Positions 1-14,775 of a DNA stretch of 64,000 nt are shown piece after piece (position 1 is the stretch's first letter; every line of letters begins with the position of its first letter). Source of the DNA: Octopus sinensis (Eukaryota); assembly GCF_006345805.1 (NCBI RefSeq), contig NC_042997.1, positions 93,062,001-93,126,000 of the forward strand, written 5' to 3'. The position numbers were made by a program, and so were the translations under genes. The notes beneath the pieces are model-generated. The model saw nothing but the letters and a program-made list of their open reading frames with translations, had not been told where the DNA came from and ran no database searches.

Positions 1-19
1 TTTTAACAACAAAATCATA

Positions 20-105
20 TATGGACCCCCACAAGGACCATATGGATTCCTAAGGGCCATATGGACCCCCAAGAGCTATATTGACCCCGGTTGAGAACCA
101 CTTGT
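20..105. mobile_element. Probable end of a non-autonomous hAT-type DNA transposon
   Basis: Repeated atatggacccc units ending in ccccggttgagaaccact, resembling Charlie/hAT MITE termini; the other end is outside the window. Confidence 0.3.
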
Positions 106-544
106 CTAAAATACAATTTTTCATTTAAGATAATACTTTGAATAAAATGTATTTTTCAGATTTGAGCTTACTCAGTTCGTATCACGCTCCAGTGTTACAT
201 TGCCGGTCAATAAAATAATCTGATAGTAAGTAAAATAATCTAACAGATGATAGAGGGAGGGTGAAGTTCAGAGCTTTAAATAAACTGAAAACTATATTTG
301 AGAGTATGTCAGAATGGGGATATCAGTTTGATATTAGCTTTCGCACGCGTGGACAGGTAGACAGTAATTTAAGCTTACTTGTTGCATTGTAATAAAGACA
401 AAAAACGAGACAATGGGGTGGGGGAGAAAAGAAAATAGGCTACATGGATGACTTGCTAGAAATAGCAACCACATCTTCCTCGAAACACATTCTATAGTCA
501 TAAAAAGGAACGGATGAACACAGCAGAATAATTTTGACCATAGT

Positions 545-745
545 CCTCTCCACCATTTGATAACCGCTGTCGGTTTGTTTACGTCCTCATAACTTAGCAG
601 TTCGGTAAAAGTGACTGATAAAGGAAATACCAAAATTTAAAAAGAAAAATTGTGTACTGAGGCAGATTTGTTCGACTACAAACTCTTCAAGGCGGTGCCC
701 CAGCATGGCCGCAAGTCAATGATTGAAACAAGTAAAAGATAAAAG
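545..745 (+). mobile_element. 3' half of SINE family B (CORE-type, octopus OR-like)
   Basis: gtttgtttacgtcctcataacttagcagttcggtaaaag...ggcggtgccccagcatggccgcaagtcaatgattgaaacaagtaaaag; matches the 3' part of the full copy at 24.5-24.9 kb; followed by (GA)n. Confidence 0.75.
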
Positions 746-761
746 AGAAAAATAGACAGAC

Positions 762-819
<58 letters not shown>

Positions 820-1049
820 GAGGTAGATGATTAAGGGACCTGTGGTTTTCATGCAGAATTAACCGAAGATGGACTTCCTGAGGTTCTTTCTAGGTTGGTA
901 CAAGGACTTATTAATTACTTGTAGGGACACCGTATTTTGTTATACAACCATAATATACAAACTACAAAGTATATTAATCGCTTTATAAGTCATTTCTGTG
1001 TCCTACCGTGTTAGCAGTGCTATTAAATCATTTTCAAGGTTATCTCTTT

Positions 1050-1385
1050 TAATCTTTTACTCTTTTACTTGTTTCAGTCATTTGACTGTGGCCATGCTGG
1101 AGCACCGCCTTTAGTCGAGCAAATCGACCTCAGGACTTATTCAGTTTTTGCTGAACCGCTAAGTAAACACACCAGCATCGGTTGTCAAACGATGTTGGGG
1201 GGACAAGCACAGACACACAGTCATATATACACACACATATATGTATATATACATATATACGACGGGCTTCTTTCAGTTTCCGTCTACCAAATCCACTCAC
1301 AAGGCTTTGGTCGGCCCGAGGCTATAGTAGAAGACATTTGCCCAAGGTGCCACGTAGTGGGACTGAACCCGGAACTATGTGGATC
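1050..1385 (-). mobile_element. SINE family B, near full length (tRNA head, CORE-like box, central microsatellite, 3' tail)
   Basis: Reverse complement of ...gttcagtcccactacgtggcaccttgggcaaatgtcttctactatagcctcgggccgaccaaagccttgtgagtggatttggtagacggaaactgaaagaagcccgtcg plus tail; gcaccttgggcaagt resembles the start of the CORE domain. Confidence 0.8.
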
Positions 1386-2200
1386 GTATAGTTGGCACTG
1401 ATTTGTTACGACGTTTTATGTCACATTGTTTATGTTAGACGTATTCGGATACGAAATTTCGTAACAAACCAGTCCCGACAATAATTTCTATAAAAAATGT
1501 GTAGAGATAAGCGCAAAAAGCAAGAACTTATATTTTATGATATAATGGATTATTGTTATACATATACTGTTCCTAAAGGTATAAATAGTGTGAGAAGAAA
1601 TGACTTCAACCAGGCGCTGAAATCACGTCGTAATCTCGACAGGACGAGAACACTGCTTCTTCCCATATAAAACACCATTGCTTATACAATGGTACAAAGT
1701 ATGTATGATTACACATTGAAAGGTTGAAAAAGAACTCTGGCCCGTTATTCAGTTCTAGTAGAACGAAATGACCTGACAAGATGTATATTATAGATTTCCT
1801 TTCGGTACTATCTGTCAGGTTAACTCAACACACGTAATGTTTTCATTACATGCTGTACCAATGATCCATTGCAGACATAATTTGTTTTACTACAATGTCA
1901 GTCGCATTAAACATTTTTTTGCCTTCTTTGATTTTTCTGTTCTATACCTATCCCTTTTCATTTCTTTCTTTTCTCTCCTGTCTTTCTGTCTGCTCTCTTT
2001 TCATTTATTTGTTATTTTTGTAATTTCCGTTTAATTGTATTTCCGTTTTGTTTTCGAATTCCCCCACCCCTAAATTTTAGCAGTTTTTTATTGACATTTG
2101 AAAGGTGATTTGGCGTTGACCCAATCGGTAGGCTGTTGAAAAGCCGATGGAAAAGTTTGTGGTCCTTAACCCTAGGCTAGCACTACTTACTGTGTATCGT

Positions 2201-2241
<41 letters not shown>

Positions 2242-2254
2242 TATATATACAAAT

Positions 2255-2390
2255 ATATACGATGAGTTTCTTCTAGTTTCTGCCTACCAAATGCAGCCAC
2301 AAGGTTTTAGTCGGCACGAGGCTATAGTAGAAGACACTTGCCCAAGATACCATGCAGTGGGATGAAACCGGAACCATTTGGTCGCGAAGC
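2255..2390 (-). mobile_element. SINE family B 5' half
   Basis: Same gtcttctactatagcctcg/gaaactagaagaa motif as the other family B copies. Confidence 0.7.
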
Positions 2391-2629
2391 CAAGACATTC
2401 AAATGTGCAAAACTTTAAAATTTTAAAGGCATCTTGTCTATCTATCACTTCGTAAACACGTAAATGTTTGCACACAAATTACTGTTGCTAAGCACACTTT
2501 AACATATATACACTCACATGCTGAAAGAGGTCAGAGTTAATAATGTATATTGCTATTCACATTCACATATACAAATGCGCGCGCATATGCATGCATATGT
2601 GACAACAAGTGTGCCGGTACGTAAATTTG

Positions 2630-2666
<37 letters not shown>

Positions 2667-3097
2667 GGGTGTATTTCAACTATTTACTTAGCAGGATCGT
2701 TAGTATGCCAGACTAAATACTTTGCAGTATTTCGAGGTCGATGTGACCTATAGTATAGTTGAAAAGATTTAACATTTACTTGATTCAGTCATTGGACTGC
2801 AGCCTTGCTGGGACACCACCTTGATAAGTTTTAGTCAAACAAATTGGAGCTAGTACTCATTTTTTAAAGTTTGGTATTTTCTATCGATCTTATATCTACA
2901 TCTATATATATATATATACATGTGTGTATGTATCCATGTGTTTGTTTCTCACCACCGCTTGACAACGGGTGTTGGTTTGTTTACGTCCCCGTAACTTAAT
3001 GTTTCGGTAAAAGAGACCGATAGAATACGTGCCAGGCTTTAAAAAAATTGGAAACATTACTTCTAGTAGAATTGATATTTTAATGTACATATGTTTC

Positions 3098-3305
3098 AGG
3101 CGGCAACCCGGTAGAATCGTTAGCCGGCAAAATGCTTAGTGGCATTTTGGCTATCTTTATGTTCTGAGTCCATTTTCGCCGAGGCCGATTTTGCTCTTCT
3201 TCCTTTCGGAGTCAATAAAATATGCACTGGTTGAGCCCTGGGGTTGATGTAATCGACTAACCGCTCCCCACGAAATTGCTTGCCGTGTGACAAATTTTGA
3301 AGCTA
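3098..3305 (+). mobile_element. SINE family A (tRNA-derived), diverged
   Basis: ggcggcaacccggtagaatcgttagc...gatgtaatcgactaacc...aaattttgaag; same head and tail as the other family A copies. Confidence 0.7.
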
Positions 3306-3439
3306 ATATACATATGTATCAAATATTAATCAACGTTTACGAAATCTCCCAGTTGCGAAATATGACACATCGCGACAGATAATGTTTTATTTTTTCATCC
3401 CTGCGATTACGATCAATTCACATTTAAATATTACTTTCT

Positions 3440-3650
3440 ACTATAGGCTCAGGGCATGAAATTTTGTGGGAGGGGTTAGTCGATTACATAGATCACAGTG
3501 TTCAACTGCTACTTATTTTCTCGACCCCGAAAGGATCAAAGGCAAAGTTCACCTTGGCGGGATTTGAACTCAAAACGTAAAGATGGACGAAATGCTGCTA
3601 AGCGTTTCGTCTGGTGTGCTAACGATTCTGCCAGCTCACCGCCTTAAAAG
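3440..3650 (-). mobile_element. SINE family A
   Basis: Reverse complement of aaggcggtgagctggcagaatcgttagcac...gagttcaaatcccgcc...gcctttgatcctttcggggtcgagaaaataag. Confidence 0.75.
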
Positions 3651-4359
3651 AAACGCCGCTAGGCTTTTTTTGTCCGATGTGCTAAGGGTACCCCTTGCCG
3701 CTCTGATTCATTTTTAAATATCAATTTATATTTTCACTGCACAAATTTTAAAAGTATGGCCTTGAGCTCCTTCCCTGTAGTATTATAGTTTTCCTTAGCT
3801 TCTCCTCACTTCAAAAAGACAGATTCACCTTATTATATTAATGACTTCTAACAAGCTCTCAAATTACATTTTTTGGCATAACAACGTCCTCGCTAAAACG
3901 AATGTTATTTACTCCCATGTCAAAGACTTTTTAGCCATCACTATCACATTTTTTTACCGTCATCTTGTGTCCAATGTGCTCCTTTTTTTTTCTCTTTAAC
4001 TTACATGTATGTGGTTTGAGAGAGATTTTACTATTTGTAGTAAATCAAACAACCAAGTAGTTGTTTTGCTGACTCGCATTGTATAGCAGATATATTGAAG
4101 CCAGGCTTTCACAATGAAATTATCCGATTAGATGAATTTTGGAACCCTTATCAGTAAATTTTACACTAAAGTAGTAGAACTCAGGTTATCATCTTTTGTT
4201 ACGGTAAATTATTTACTGTTAACTATTTTGTTACTGTTAACTATAACACTGTGTAACACGATTTTTGTGTTGGGTAGCAACTGTTATTTCCTATTTGCTT
4301 ATCCCTAGAGAATATGAAAAATGGCTAATATTTCCTTCAAACTTTGCTTTTGTCATGAT

Positions 4360-4510
4360 ATTTATTCAAACCCCAAAGAATTCATCTCAGTACATTAAGA
4401 TGCTCCTCACTACTCAGAGATGCACATATTGTCAGTCACTCAAGTGGTTAAGGTCAAACAACTGAATAGCAAATCTGTGGTACAGAGCAGAATATTTGCT
4501 ATAACGATAT
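4360..4510. repeat. Internal fragment of the ~550-bp (TAA)n-associated repeat
   Basis: cagagatgcacatattgtcagtcactcaagtggttaaggtcaaacaactgaatagcaaatctgtggta matches 30900-30985. Confidence 0.65.
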
Positions 4511-4876
4511 TTCTGCTTCTGCAACTCAGCACTGAATCTGTCTGAAATATAATGGAAAATAGGTCAGTTTCAAAATATTGATGGCCAGGTAATAAAAACA
4601 AAATTTGAAGGGTATAGTAGTCATTTCCTTTGATTTCTGGATAGAAGCAAATAGGAAGTAACACTGACCTCCCCCCCCAAAAAAAAAATTGTAATTGATG
4701 AGTAGCCATTACACCTTGTCAGTCGAACTTGCTCAGATTTGCTTGTTTCAATCACATTACCAACCATGATCACACAGAGTATTAGCAATATCAGCAGGGT
4801 ATCATCGTCAGGTGTGCACAGGAATGTTTCACTAACGACTTTTTGCCTTAGCTCTTCAGCAACACCTTGCAAAATA

Positions 4877-4942
<66 letters not shown>

Positions 4943-5134
4943 GATATTATGTGGTTATAAGATGAATGCCATAATAGTCATTGTTATGTGCGGAATTCTT
5001 TTCCCACGAAACCCGGAAAACGATTAATAATAATAAGCAAATATTAAATTAATCATAGACAGTTTGATATTCATTAGTTTATTCTCTTATTTGTATTTTC
5101 TCCCATTGTTCATTTTACATGGATAAAAGCATCC

Positions 5135-5368
5135 TTCTCGAGCCCTTTGGACTCATAAGCGCCGGTTTCCCGGTTTCCGTGACGTATATATACATACGGG
5201 ACGTCAGATCGTCGTAAGATTACTCATTTTTGCCAGTTGAGTGAATTGGATCAACGTGAAATGAAGTGTTTCGATCAAGAACACAACGCATTACCCGGTC
5301 AAGGAATTGAAACCACAACCTTACGATCATAGGTTCAAAACCCTGACCACTAGGCTACACTCCTCCAC
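5135..5368 (-). mobile_element. tRNA-derived SINE family C (V-SINE-like central domain)
   Basis: Minus strand ggaggagtgtagcctagtggtcaggg (A box)...ggtttcaattcc (B box)...gtgttcttgatcgaaacacttcatttcacgttg; second copy at 45615-45805. Confidence 0.65.
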
Positions 5369-6580
5369 TATTCACTTTACATTACTGTAGTCAATGCCGG
5401 TCCTAGGGTTGCAGACACTTTGAACAAAACGAATTTCGGTGCCTTATAAAAGGAATTATTTATCCTAGTTTTCACATGGAGGGGAAAACCCTTATTGAAA
5501 GAATAAAGCGCTTATTATAATATACACACGAAAGGGAACTGTTCAAACACAGTGTTAAATTTTCAAATCTTTTCATTTATATAGTTAAGAAAGAAAGGGA
5601 GAGTAAGAGAAAGACAGAAAGAAAGAGAGAATGGCAAAGATCTCGTTACATTTTTGTTGCAAATCTCTCTCCCGTCCATCATTCTGTATGAAGAGAGAAA
5701 GTCCGAAGGGTGTTGTTGATCACATGCAGGTGTAACAAATCTCAAGGAATTTACACAATCTAATTCTATTTAATTTTATTTATTGTTTTCACATGTTTTT
5801 TTTGTTTATTTTTGTACTCTACAGAAAATCCAAAACACATGACTTGGTGCTCTCTAACATACAGCACCTTTGGCGAATGTTTGGTTAGTAGTATCTTCAA
5901 TAGAATTTGACTAACACATGATTTGTGTACAGCTTGGAACAACGACTAAATCACCTTCAAATTACAATCTTAAAAAGACAAGTTCACCTTGGATAATTTA
6001 CATATATGGTGTGGCCCTTGTGGTCAGCTTTCGTAGGAGAGACAATCTCTTTTAGATTAAGTCATGGCTGGATTGAATGTTTGAATTTTGCATCAAAAAG
6101 TAAAGAAGGTGTACAGAATATACCCATTTAATGTCTCTTTTTTTTCTTACAGTTTATAAAAATCTTAAAATTTTCAGTCCTTAGTATCCGTTTACAGCGC
6201 TATGCCGTGGCAAATAAATTATGCTAAATTAAACATTTTACGAAGCTAGATAATTCTTATAACGAGAAAGTAGCTTACAATTTAAAAGACATTCACGGGA
6301 TGTTTTTTTTTTCTTAACTGTTATATCTCATCACAGATTTGTAATAATTCAGTCATGGAGTGAGAAGAGAGGGGAGTTTATTAACATACAGATTAATATT
6401 TCCAGGGCAATGGCCCTGTAGTCTAGTCTTAGATACACAAAAGCTGGAAGAAATGCCTTTGATCATAGACTTGCTCAGTAAGGATCATCTGGGGTGTTAA
6501 ATAGCAACATCAGCAAATAAGTTCTGCTAAAAAGGAAAACTAAGCAACACTTTACTATTTATTATTATTACCTTCCTTTA

Positions 6581-6897
6581 GGCGGCGAGCTGGCACATTC
6601 GTTAGCACACCGGATACAATACTTAGCGACATTTCGTCCGTCTTTACAAGGCGGTTAGCTTGCAGAAACGTTAGCACACCAGGCGAAATGCTTAGCGGTA
6701 TTTCGTCTGCCGCTACGTTCGAGGTCGACTTTGCCTTTCATCCTTTCGGGGTCGATTAAATAAGTACCAGTTACGCACTGGGGTCGATATAATCGACTTA
6801 ATCCGTTTGTCTGTTCTTGTTTGTCCTCTCTGTGTTTAGCCCCTTGTGGGTAGTAAAGAAATAGGTATTTCGTCCGTCGCTACGTTTTGAGTTCAAA
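6581..6897 (+). mobile_element. SINE family A, composite copy
   Basis: ggcggcgagctggcacattcgttagcac...gaggtcgactttgcctttcatcctttcggggtcgattaaataagtaccagttacgcactggggtcgatataatcgacttaatcc. Confidence 0.85.
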
Positions 6898-7489
6898 AAG
6901 AGGAGGAGGAGGAAAAATAAGGAGAAAAAACCCACAGTACTGGTTTTATTTACCAGCCTTGAAAGGATGGTAAGCAAAGTTGACCCGTGTGGAATTTCAA
7001 AATTGAGGGTGACAAGGAACAGTATTGTTCGGTTAAATACACTACGCACAAAATATTTAAAGAAAACATGACAAAAAAGATGTAAAGCATTTGCTTTTGA
7101 TACACGGATTGAAAAAGAAACTTGATCTTCGGGCCGTAACTCAGCCTCACACACAGATACACAGACCCCACCACACACACACATACACATGTCCTATAAA
7201 GTGTGAGTGACAGAGTGCAAAAAAAAAGCAATTGTCAACATGAAAGTACACATTTGTTGAGAAAAATCAATGCATGACAAAAAGCTTGTACTTCTTTATA
7301 TGAAGACGTTTCGATGTCGCTCATATCACTAGTATCTGTTCAAACAAACATGAGCGTAATTTTGAAAATAAATGAATAACTATGTGTATACAAATCTCGT
7401 TTCACTCAGCAAGTTATCATCTTTAAGTTCCCTTAAGTGACGCAGCTAGTCACTGCTGTGTCACTCTAGACACTTTTTCACTCAACCGT

Positions 7490-8470
7490 CTCTGCTCTCT
7501 GTCATGTGTAGCAGGGTTGCATTGTTGTGATCTTGTCCAGTCCTTGATGTTGCCATATCAATTGTGCCTTGAAGGCTGGGCATATTTGTTGACTTGCTGC
7601 ACGACAAAGCAGTTCATTTTGTGTTCTGCGTACGGTATACGTTGCAGCTTTTGGAGCAGTTGTACTCAAATATCTGGATTCTTTATTCCATGTGAGCTGT
7701 AAGAATCCAGCTCTCATTTGTGCACTTTGAGTCTCGTTCGAAAACTAACAGGGTTGCCTTTCCATATGGCATTCAGCTTCCACCAGAGGCCAAACTGAGT
7801 CTTGTTGTTATCTACTTTCGAGAGCTGCCCTCTTTGGTCAAAGTGGATCCTAGTTACTTGACAAATACTTTTCCGTTCAACGCGATGTTGGTTGCTGTGG
7901 TTGTTATTAACCAAGATCTTGCTCTTTTCTTGGCTGATCTCCGATGCTTTTTTCAACCTGGTAATGAGTTCCCAGAATTCTGCTTCACTACTTCCTAACA
8001 TGTCAATATGTTCAGCAAAGCGCAAGTTAGTGGAGATGAGCAGTTTTCCAATATGGACAGATGGCTGGAAGTCTTGGAGTGTCTTCTACATGATGTTCTC
8101 CAGGAAAATGTTAAAAAAGACCAAAGAGTAGAGACATCTTTGTCGCACTGTTGTTCTGAAGAATTCTCCGATGTTGTTGTTCAGGATGACTGAACTTTTT
8201 GAGATGTCATGTAGTGCTTGGATTACTTCGATAAGGTTGTTGTTGAAGTTGTAATTCTTCGTCACTTATCACAATCCATCATGTCAAACGCGATCAAATG
8301 TCTTTTCGAAGTCACTGAAGTTGTGATAGAGATCAGATTGGTGATACAGATGTTTCTCACAGAGCAGTCTGATGTTAAATATCTGCTCCACACTACTCCA
8401 TTTTTGTTCTAAATCCTACTTGTTCTTCTGCAAGGATTTCTACTATCGACCCCATAAATCATAAGGGGTA
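7490..8470 (-). mobile_element. RTE-clade LINE, decayed 3' ORF fragment (RT domain and C-terminus)
   Basis: Frameshifted minus-strand peptides RFAEHIDMLGSSE (YADD-like), EISQEKSKILVN, LNAIWKGNPVSFRTRLK; DNA for FSDFEKTFDRV and YLGSTL motifs; multiple frameshifts. Confidence 0.8.
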
Positions 8471-9239
8471 GGCAGCAGAAGACAGCAAGTACAGATAAAA
8501 GTAAATTGAAATTTTCAGTATATGAATTCATAAGCATTTTTTTAAATGATTGGTTGAGATAACTGATTGAATAAAGAAGCCTGCGTTACTTTATTTTAAA
8601 GAATAATCCAAAATTAAAAAAAGAATATATAAATAATCCGTCCTAATTTAGGCACAAGGCCAGCAGTTTTGAAAGGAGGGGTTAGCCAACATCATGCTTT
8701 ATTTTACCGATCCCGAAATAATGAAAGGCAAAGACGACCTCCACGTGATTTGAATTCAAACATAAAGAAACGCTTCAAACCATTTTGTTCGACACTCTAG
8801 TAATTCATTCATCTTGAGCTGTGGCCGGACTAAACAATGGCTGCTTGTCATTTCTTTGACAATCCTTTAAAATTAAGCTCCTACAATAGGAATTTCGTAT
8901 TTATTTGTAAAACGCCCAATTCCTTTTGCTTCAACAATTCTGTAACAAATCTGATATGACTAATAAACGGTTGACAGATTTGAGTTTTGTATGGATTACT
9001 TTGTCTCACTTATGTCACTATAACTTATATAAACACATTGTCGCATAAAAGCAACAATACAGAACTCTATTCTGGGAATGTGGATTTCTACACCGTATGT
9101 AAAAAAAGGACATAAGGCGTTCTTAAACCATGCATACGCTTCCTGTTATAAAACGAGAACAATTTGCTAATTCTTTGGACATATGTACGTCACCTAAGAG
9201 AGATAAATAAGAACAAAATTAACTGAAGGAAAAGAAATG

Positions 9240-9319
9240 CTAAAAACAGCAACAACAATAGCAGCAGAAGCAACAGCAGCAGCAGCAGCAGAAGAAGAAG
9301 AAGAAGTAGCAGAAGAAGA

Positions 9320-9357
<38 letters not shown>

Positions 9358-9460
9358 GAGGAGGAGGAGGAAAAGGAGAAGATGACAATTGTGATGATGA
9401 TGGTGACGATGAAATAATAGATGAAGTAATGTTGTAGTAGTAGTAATAGTTGTTGTTTAA
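9240..9460. repeat. Compound trinucleotide microsatellite (AAC, AGC, AGA, AGT, AGG, GAT); duplicated at 12470-12680
   Basis: Direct reading; explains the polyA/E/V/G ORFs. Confidence 0.9.
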
Positions 9461-9946
9461 CCTCCAGGTCAGACTTTATAAAGCAGACCCATGATGGATG
9501 ACGTTCATCTGTGACAACACACACATTTCGTAGACCAGAGATTATATTGTTCATTGTGTTCTTTTCTTAACACGGTAGTAGAATGTGATTTCAGGGAAAA
9601 TGGGTTGCTGTTTCTAGCAGCCTGATCGACTTCGTTAGCTCAAAAACATAAGGAAAAAAAAAGTTGATGATGAAGTAGTATTGATGATGACAATAAACTT
9701 GTTTAACCCCAGGCCAGCTGTGGTTGAGCAGATTTGCATCGAAGGTATTTCCATTGTGATCACACGATAATTTTGAGGCCTTGTAATTTGATGGCAGTAT
9801 AGCTGCTGTTTCTAGCAGACCAAACTCTCCTGTTGGCTCAAGTATAGTAACATAAACAAAAGCTAAAAAAAGAAAACGGACCTGGAAAGGATGAAATAAT
9901 GTTGACCTAGATGGTATTTGAGCCCCAACACACACACACACACACA

Positions 9947-9991
<45 letters not shown>

Positions 9992-10929
9992 CACACACAC
10001 ACACAAACACATACGATGGGCTTCTTTCAGTTTCTGTCTACTAAATCCATTCACAAGGCTTTGGTCCCCATATAAGAGATCCAGAATAAAAACATCAAAA
10101 ATTTATTTCCAATACTTTGGACAATTCTAAGGTGGCGAGCTGACAAAATCGAAAGAAAGCTGGGCAAAACTCCTACCGACAGTCTGTCCATTCTTGAGTT
10201 CAAATTCTGCCGAGGTCAATTATAACCTTTCATCCCTTCGGGATCGATAAAATAAGCACCAGTTATGGAGTTATGGAGTCGATGTAATCAACTTACCTGC
10301 TCTCTTGAAATTGCTGGCTTTGTGCTGAAATTTGAATCCAATATTTTGACAATTCTGCTCTCATACGTCATCTATAAAATTATCTAAAAATACATAAATC
10401 GTAGTTGACTAGCAACTGTTTTGTTCGACTGAATACTCAACACACCATGAAAGCTATAAAGAGTGGTAGAACATATGTAAGCACGAAACGTGCTTACTCA
10501 CTTTACATTGTTTTTGTTTGTTTGCGAGCCGAAGTGAAGTTTAAACTAGATCTTACTTGTAGAGTAAAGACAATTATGCTTAAATAACACTATTCGTAGT
10601 GCAAGGTGAAGGTAAATGGATACCAACTTAACCGATAGCGAAAACAAAGAGTAGGTGTTAGCAAAGATGTGTGTAGCGATGCGTGTGATAAATCCATAAG
10701 CAAAGTAAACGCATGCACACACACACATACACATATTGCCCTATTAAATAAAACATTTGGTCGGCCCGAGGTGCCACGCAGTGGGACTGAACCTGGAACT
10801 ATGTGGGTGGAAAGTAAAATTTGTTTCAACACAGTCTTGCCGGCGCCTACACACTCACACACACACACACATATGTATATATATAAATATGTATGTATGT
10901 ATATATGTATGTATAAATATATGTTTGTG

Positions 10930-10965
<36 letters not shown>

Positions 10966-10969
10966 AGGC

Positions 10970-11240
<271 letters not shown>

Positions 11241-11322
11241 TATGTATATATGTGTGTGTGTTTGTGTGTTTGTGTGTGTGTATGTGTGTATGTACATATG
11301 CATATATATGTATGCATGTATG

Positions 11323-11371
<49 letters not shown>

Positions 11372-11692
11372 TTCTGGTTTAACGCCCCTCCATGTTTGTT
11401 TTCGTTCCGTTTCCTTATATGTCTCATCTGTTCTGCTTTTGTTCCCAACTGAGACCCTCAATAAATCCAAAATCTTATTTTGGTATCTTTGGGAGCAACT
11501 ATCTTCGAAGATTCATATTGTCGTTGTTTGCTAGAAATGGGGAGTAGGTAGACAGCCGACAACTGATGAAGTGTCTTTCTTTGTAGTCTTTCTATTACCT
11601 GTCCTGTTTTCCTTTTTTCTCTCGTTGTTTGCGTACTTAACACATTCGTTTTCGTATTTCATGATGTTTATTGTTGGTGACGTCCTGTACCC

Positions 11693-11750
<58 letters not shown>

Positions 11751-13147
11751 AAAAGTAAAAAATATAAACTGGGACAAGAACGTGAAACACCTAGAAGACG
11801 ACACAAGAACCACTGGACGGGACATTCGAAGCCCTCAGTCATCAGTCAAGAACCGGATCATCTTCGCAATTTCGGCTGATTAATCTTGAGATTGCTCTGA
11901 CCTGGGGTGCCACCAAGGGAAATCTAAGCCAAGTGCATTAGATCCCTTGGAAGAAGGCCTCGAATGTATACAACACAAGGACGGAAAACGGACGATGTAC
12001 ACGAATAAAAATACAAAAATACGTGAAAACAATAAGGAAAGCACGAATAAGAATAAAAAAAAGGGAAAAACAATAATGTTAAGGATAAAAACAATCCTTT
12101 AAAATTAAGCTCCTACAATAGGAATTTCGTATTTATTTGTAAAACGCCCAATTCCTTTTGCTTCAACAATTCTGTAACAAATCTGATATGACTAATAAAC
12201 GGTTGACAGATTTGAGTTTTGTATGGATTACTTTGTCTCACTTATGTCACTATAACTTATATAAACACATTGTCGCATAAAAGCAACAATACAGAACTCT
12301 ATTCTGGGAATGAGGATTTCTACACCGTATGTAAAAAAAGGACATAAGGCGTTCTTAAACCATGCATACGCTTCCTGTTATAAAACGAGAACAATTTGCT
12401 AATTCTTTGGACATATGTACGTCACCTAAGAGAGATAAATAAGAACAAAATTAACTGAAGGAAAAGAAATGCTAACAACAGCAACAACAATAGCAGCAGA
12501 AGCAACAGCAGCAGCAGCAGCAGAAGAAGAAGAAGAAGTAGCAGAAGAAGAAGAAGTAGTAGTAGTAGTAGTAGGAGGAGGAGGAGGAGGAAAAGGAGAA
12601 GATGACAATTGTGATGATGATGGTGACGATGAAATAATAGATGAAGTAATGGTTGTAGTAGTAGTAATAGTTGTTGTTTAACCTCCAGGTCAGACTTTAT
12701 AAAGCAGACCCATGATGGATGACGTTCATCTGTGACAACACACACATTTCGTAGACCAGAGATTATATTGTTCATTGTGTTCTTTTCTTAACACGGTAGT
12801 AGAATGTGATTTCAGGGAAATTTGGTTGCTGTTTCTAGCAGCCTGATCGACTTCGTTAACTCAAAAACATAAGGAAAAAGATGTTGATGATGAAGTAGTA
12901 GTTGATGATGACAATAAACTTGTTTAACCCCAGGCCAGCTGTGGTTGAGCAGATTTGCATCGAAGGTATTTCCATTGTGATCACACGATAATTTTGAGGC
13001 CTTGTAATTTGATGGCAGTATAGCTGCTGTTTCTAGCAGACCAAACTCTCCTGTTGGCTCAAGTATAGTAACATAAACAAAAGCTAAAAAAAGAAAACGG
13101 ACCTGGAAAGGATGAAATAATGTTGACCTAGATGGTATTTGAGCCCC

Positions 13148-13209
<62 letters not shown>

Positions 13210-14584
13210 CACACGCACACAAACACATACGATGGGCTTCTTTCAGTTTCTGTCTACTAAATCCATTCACAAGGCTTTGGTCCCCATATAAGAGATCCAG
13301 AATAAAAACATCAAAAATTTATTTCCAATACTTTGGACAATTCTAAGGTGGCGAGCTGACAAAATCGAAAGAAAGCTGGGCAAAACTCCTACCGACAGTC
13401 TGTCCATTCTTGAGTTCAAATTCTGCCGAGGTCAATTATACCTTTCATCCCTTCGGGATCGATAAAATAAGCACCAGTTATGGAGTTATGGAGTCGATGT
13501 AATCAACTTACCTGCTCTCTTGAAATTGCTGGCTTTGTGCTGAAATTTGAATCCAATATTTTTGACAATTCTGCTCTCATACGTCATCTATAAAATTATC
13601 TAAAAATACATAAATCGTAGTTGACTAGCAACTGTTTTGTTCGACTGAATACTCAACACACCATGAAAGCTATAAAGAGTGGTAGAACATATGTAAGCAC
13701 GAAACGTGCTTACTCACTTTACATTGTTTTTGTTTGTTTGCGAGCCGAAGTGAAGTTTAAACTAGATCTTACTTGTAGAGTAAAGACAATTATGCTTAAA
13801 TAACACTATTCGTAGTGCAAATAACACTATTCGTACATATATATATGTAAAAAGTAAAAAATATAAACTGGGACAAGAACGTGAAACACCTAGAAGACGA
13901 CACAAGAACCACTGGACGGGACATTCGAAGCCCTCAGTCATCAGTCAAGAACCGGATCCTCTTCGCAATTTCGGCTGATTAATCTTGAGATTGCTCTGAC
14001 CTGGGGTGCCACCAAGGGAAATCTAAGCCAAGTGCATTAGATCCCTTGGAAGAAGGCCTCGAATGTATACAACACAAGGACGGAAAACGGACGATGTACA
14101 CGAATAAAAATACAAAAATACGTGAAAACAATAAGGAAAGCACGAATAAGAATAAAAAAAAGGGAAAAACAATAATGTTAAGGATAAAAACAAAACCAGG
14201 ACGTAGGACAAGGGTCTTTCGACAGGACGAGTTGAGTTTGGGGCTGGCTTGTAGAGGAGTACCTTATGGCCACGGGAAACAAACAAAAACGTGTTACTTC
14301 AACGACTGCTGGATGCGAAAAGGCAAAACGGCAGTGGCTAGCTGGTCACGTGAGGACAAAAGAGAGGAGAAAGGGACAGATGAGGAGAGAGAGAAGGTGA
14401 ACAGGGGAGGAGAAGAAAGAGACAGATCGAGGGGAGTGTAAGGTATGAGAGGCAGAGAAGCGTAGGAGGGGGAGCGGATAAAGAGAGAAAGAAAGAAAGA
14501 AGGGGAATAAGGGAGGATGAGAGAGAGAGAGAAAGAGACAGATCAAGAGTCGTACCAATGTTAGAGAATATATACTTACGTATA

Positions 14585-14775
<191 letters not shown>

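Noticed and set aside
4740-4880. Possible host exon on the minus strand (QGVAEELRQKVVSETFLC...)
   Set aside because: No recognisable homology and no convincing splice-site pair
5600-5760. Possible micro-exon on the minus strand (ttcatacag|AATGATGG...AAAAT|gtaacg)
   Set aside because: Splice-like motifs alone are expected by chance; no supporting neighbours
11813-11900. CTGATGA and CGAAA on the minus strand of the duplicated B segment (also 13912-14000)
   Set aside because: Stems II and III do not pair in any hammerhead topology I tried
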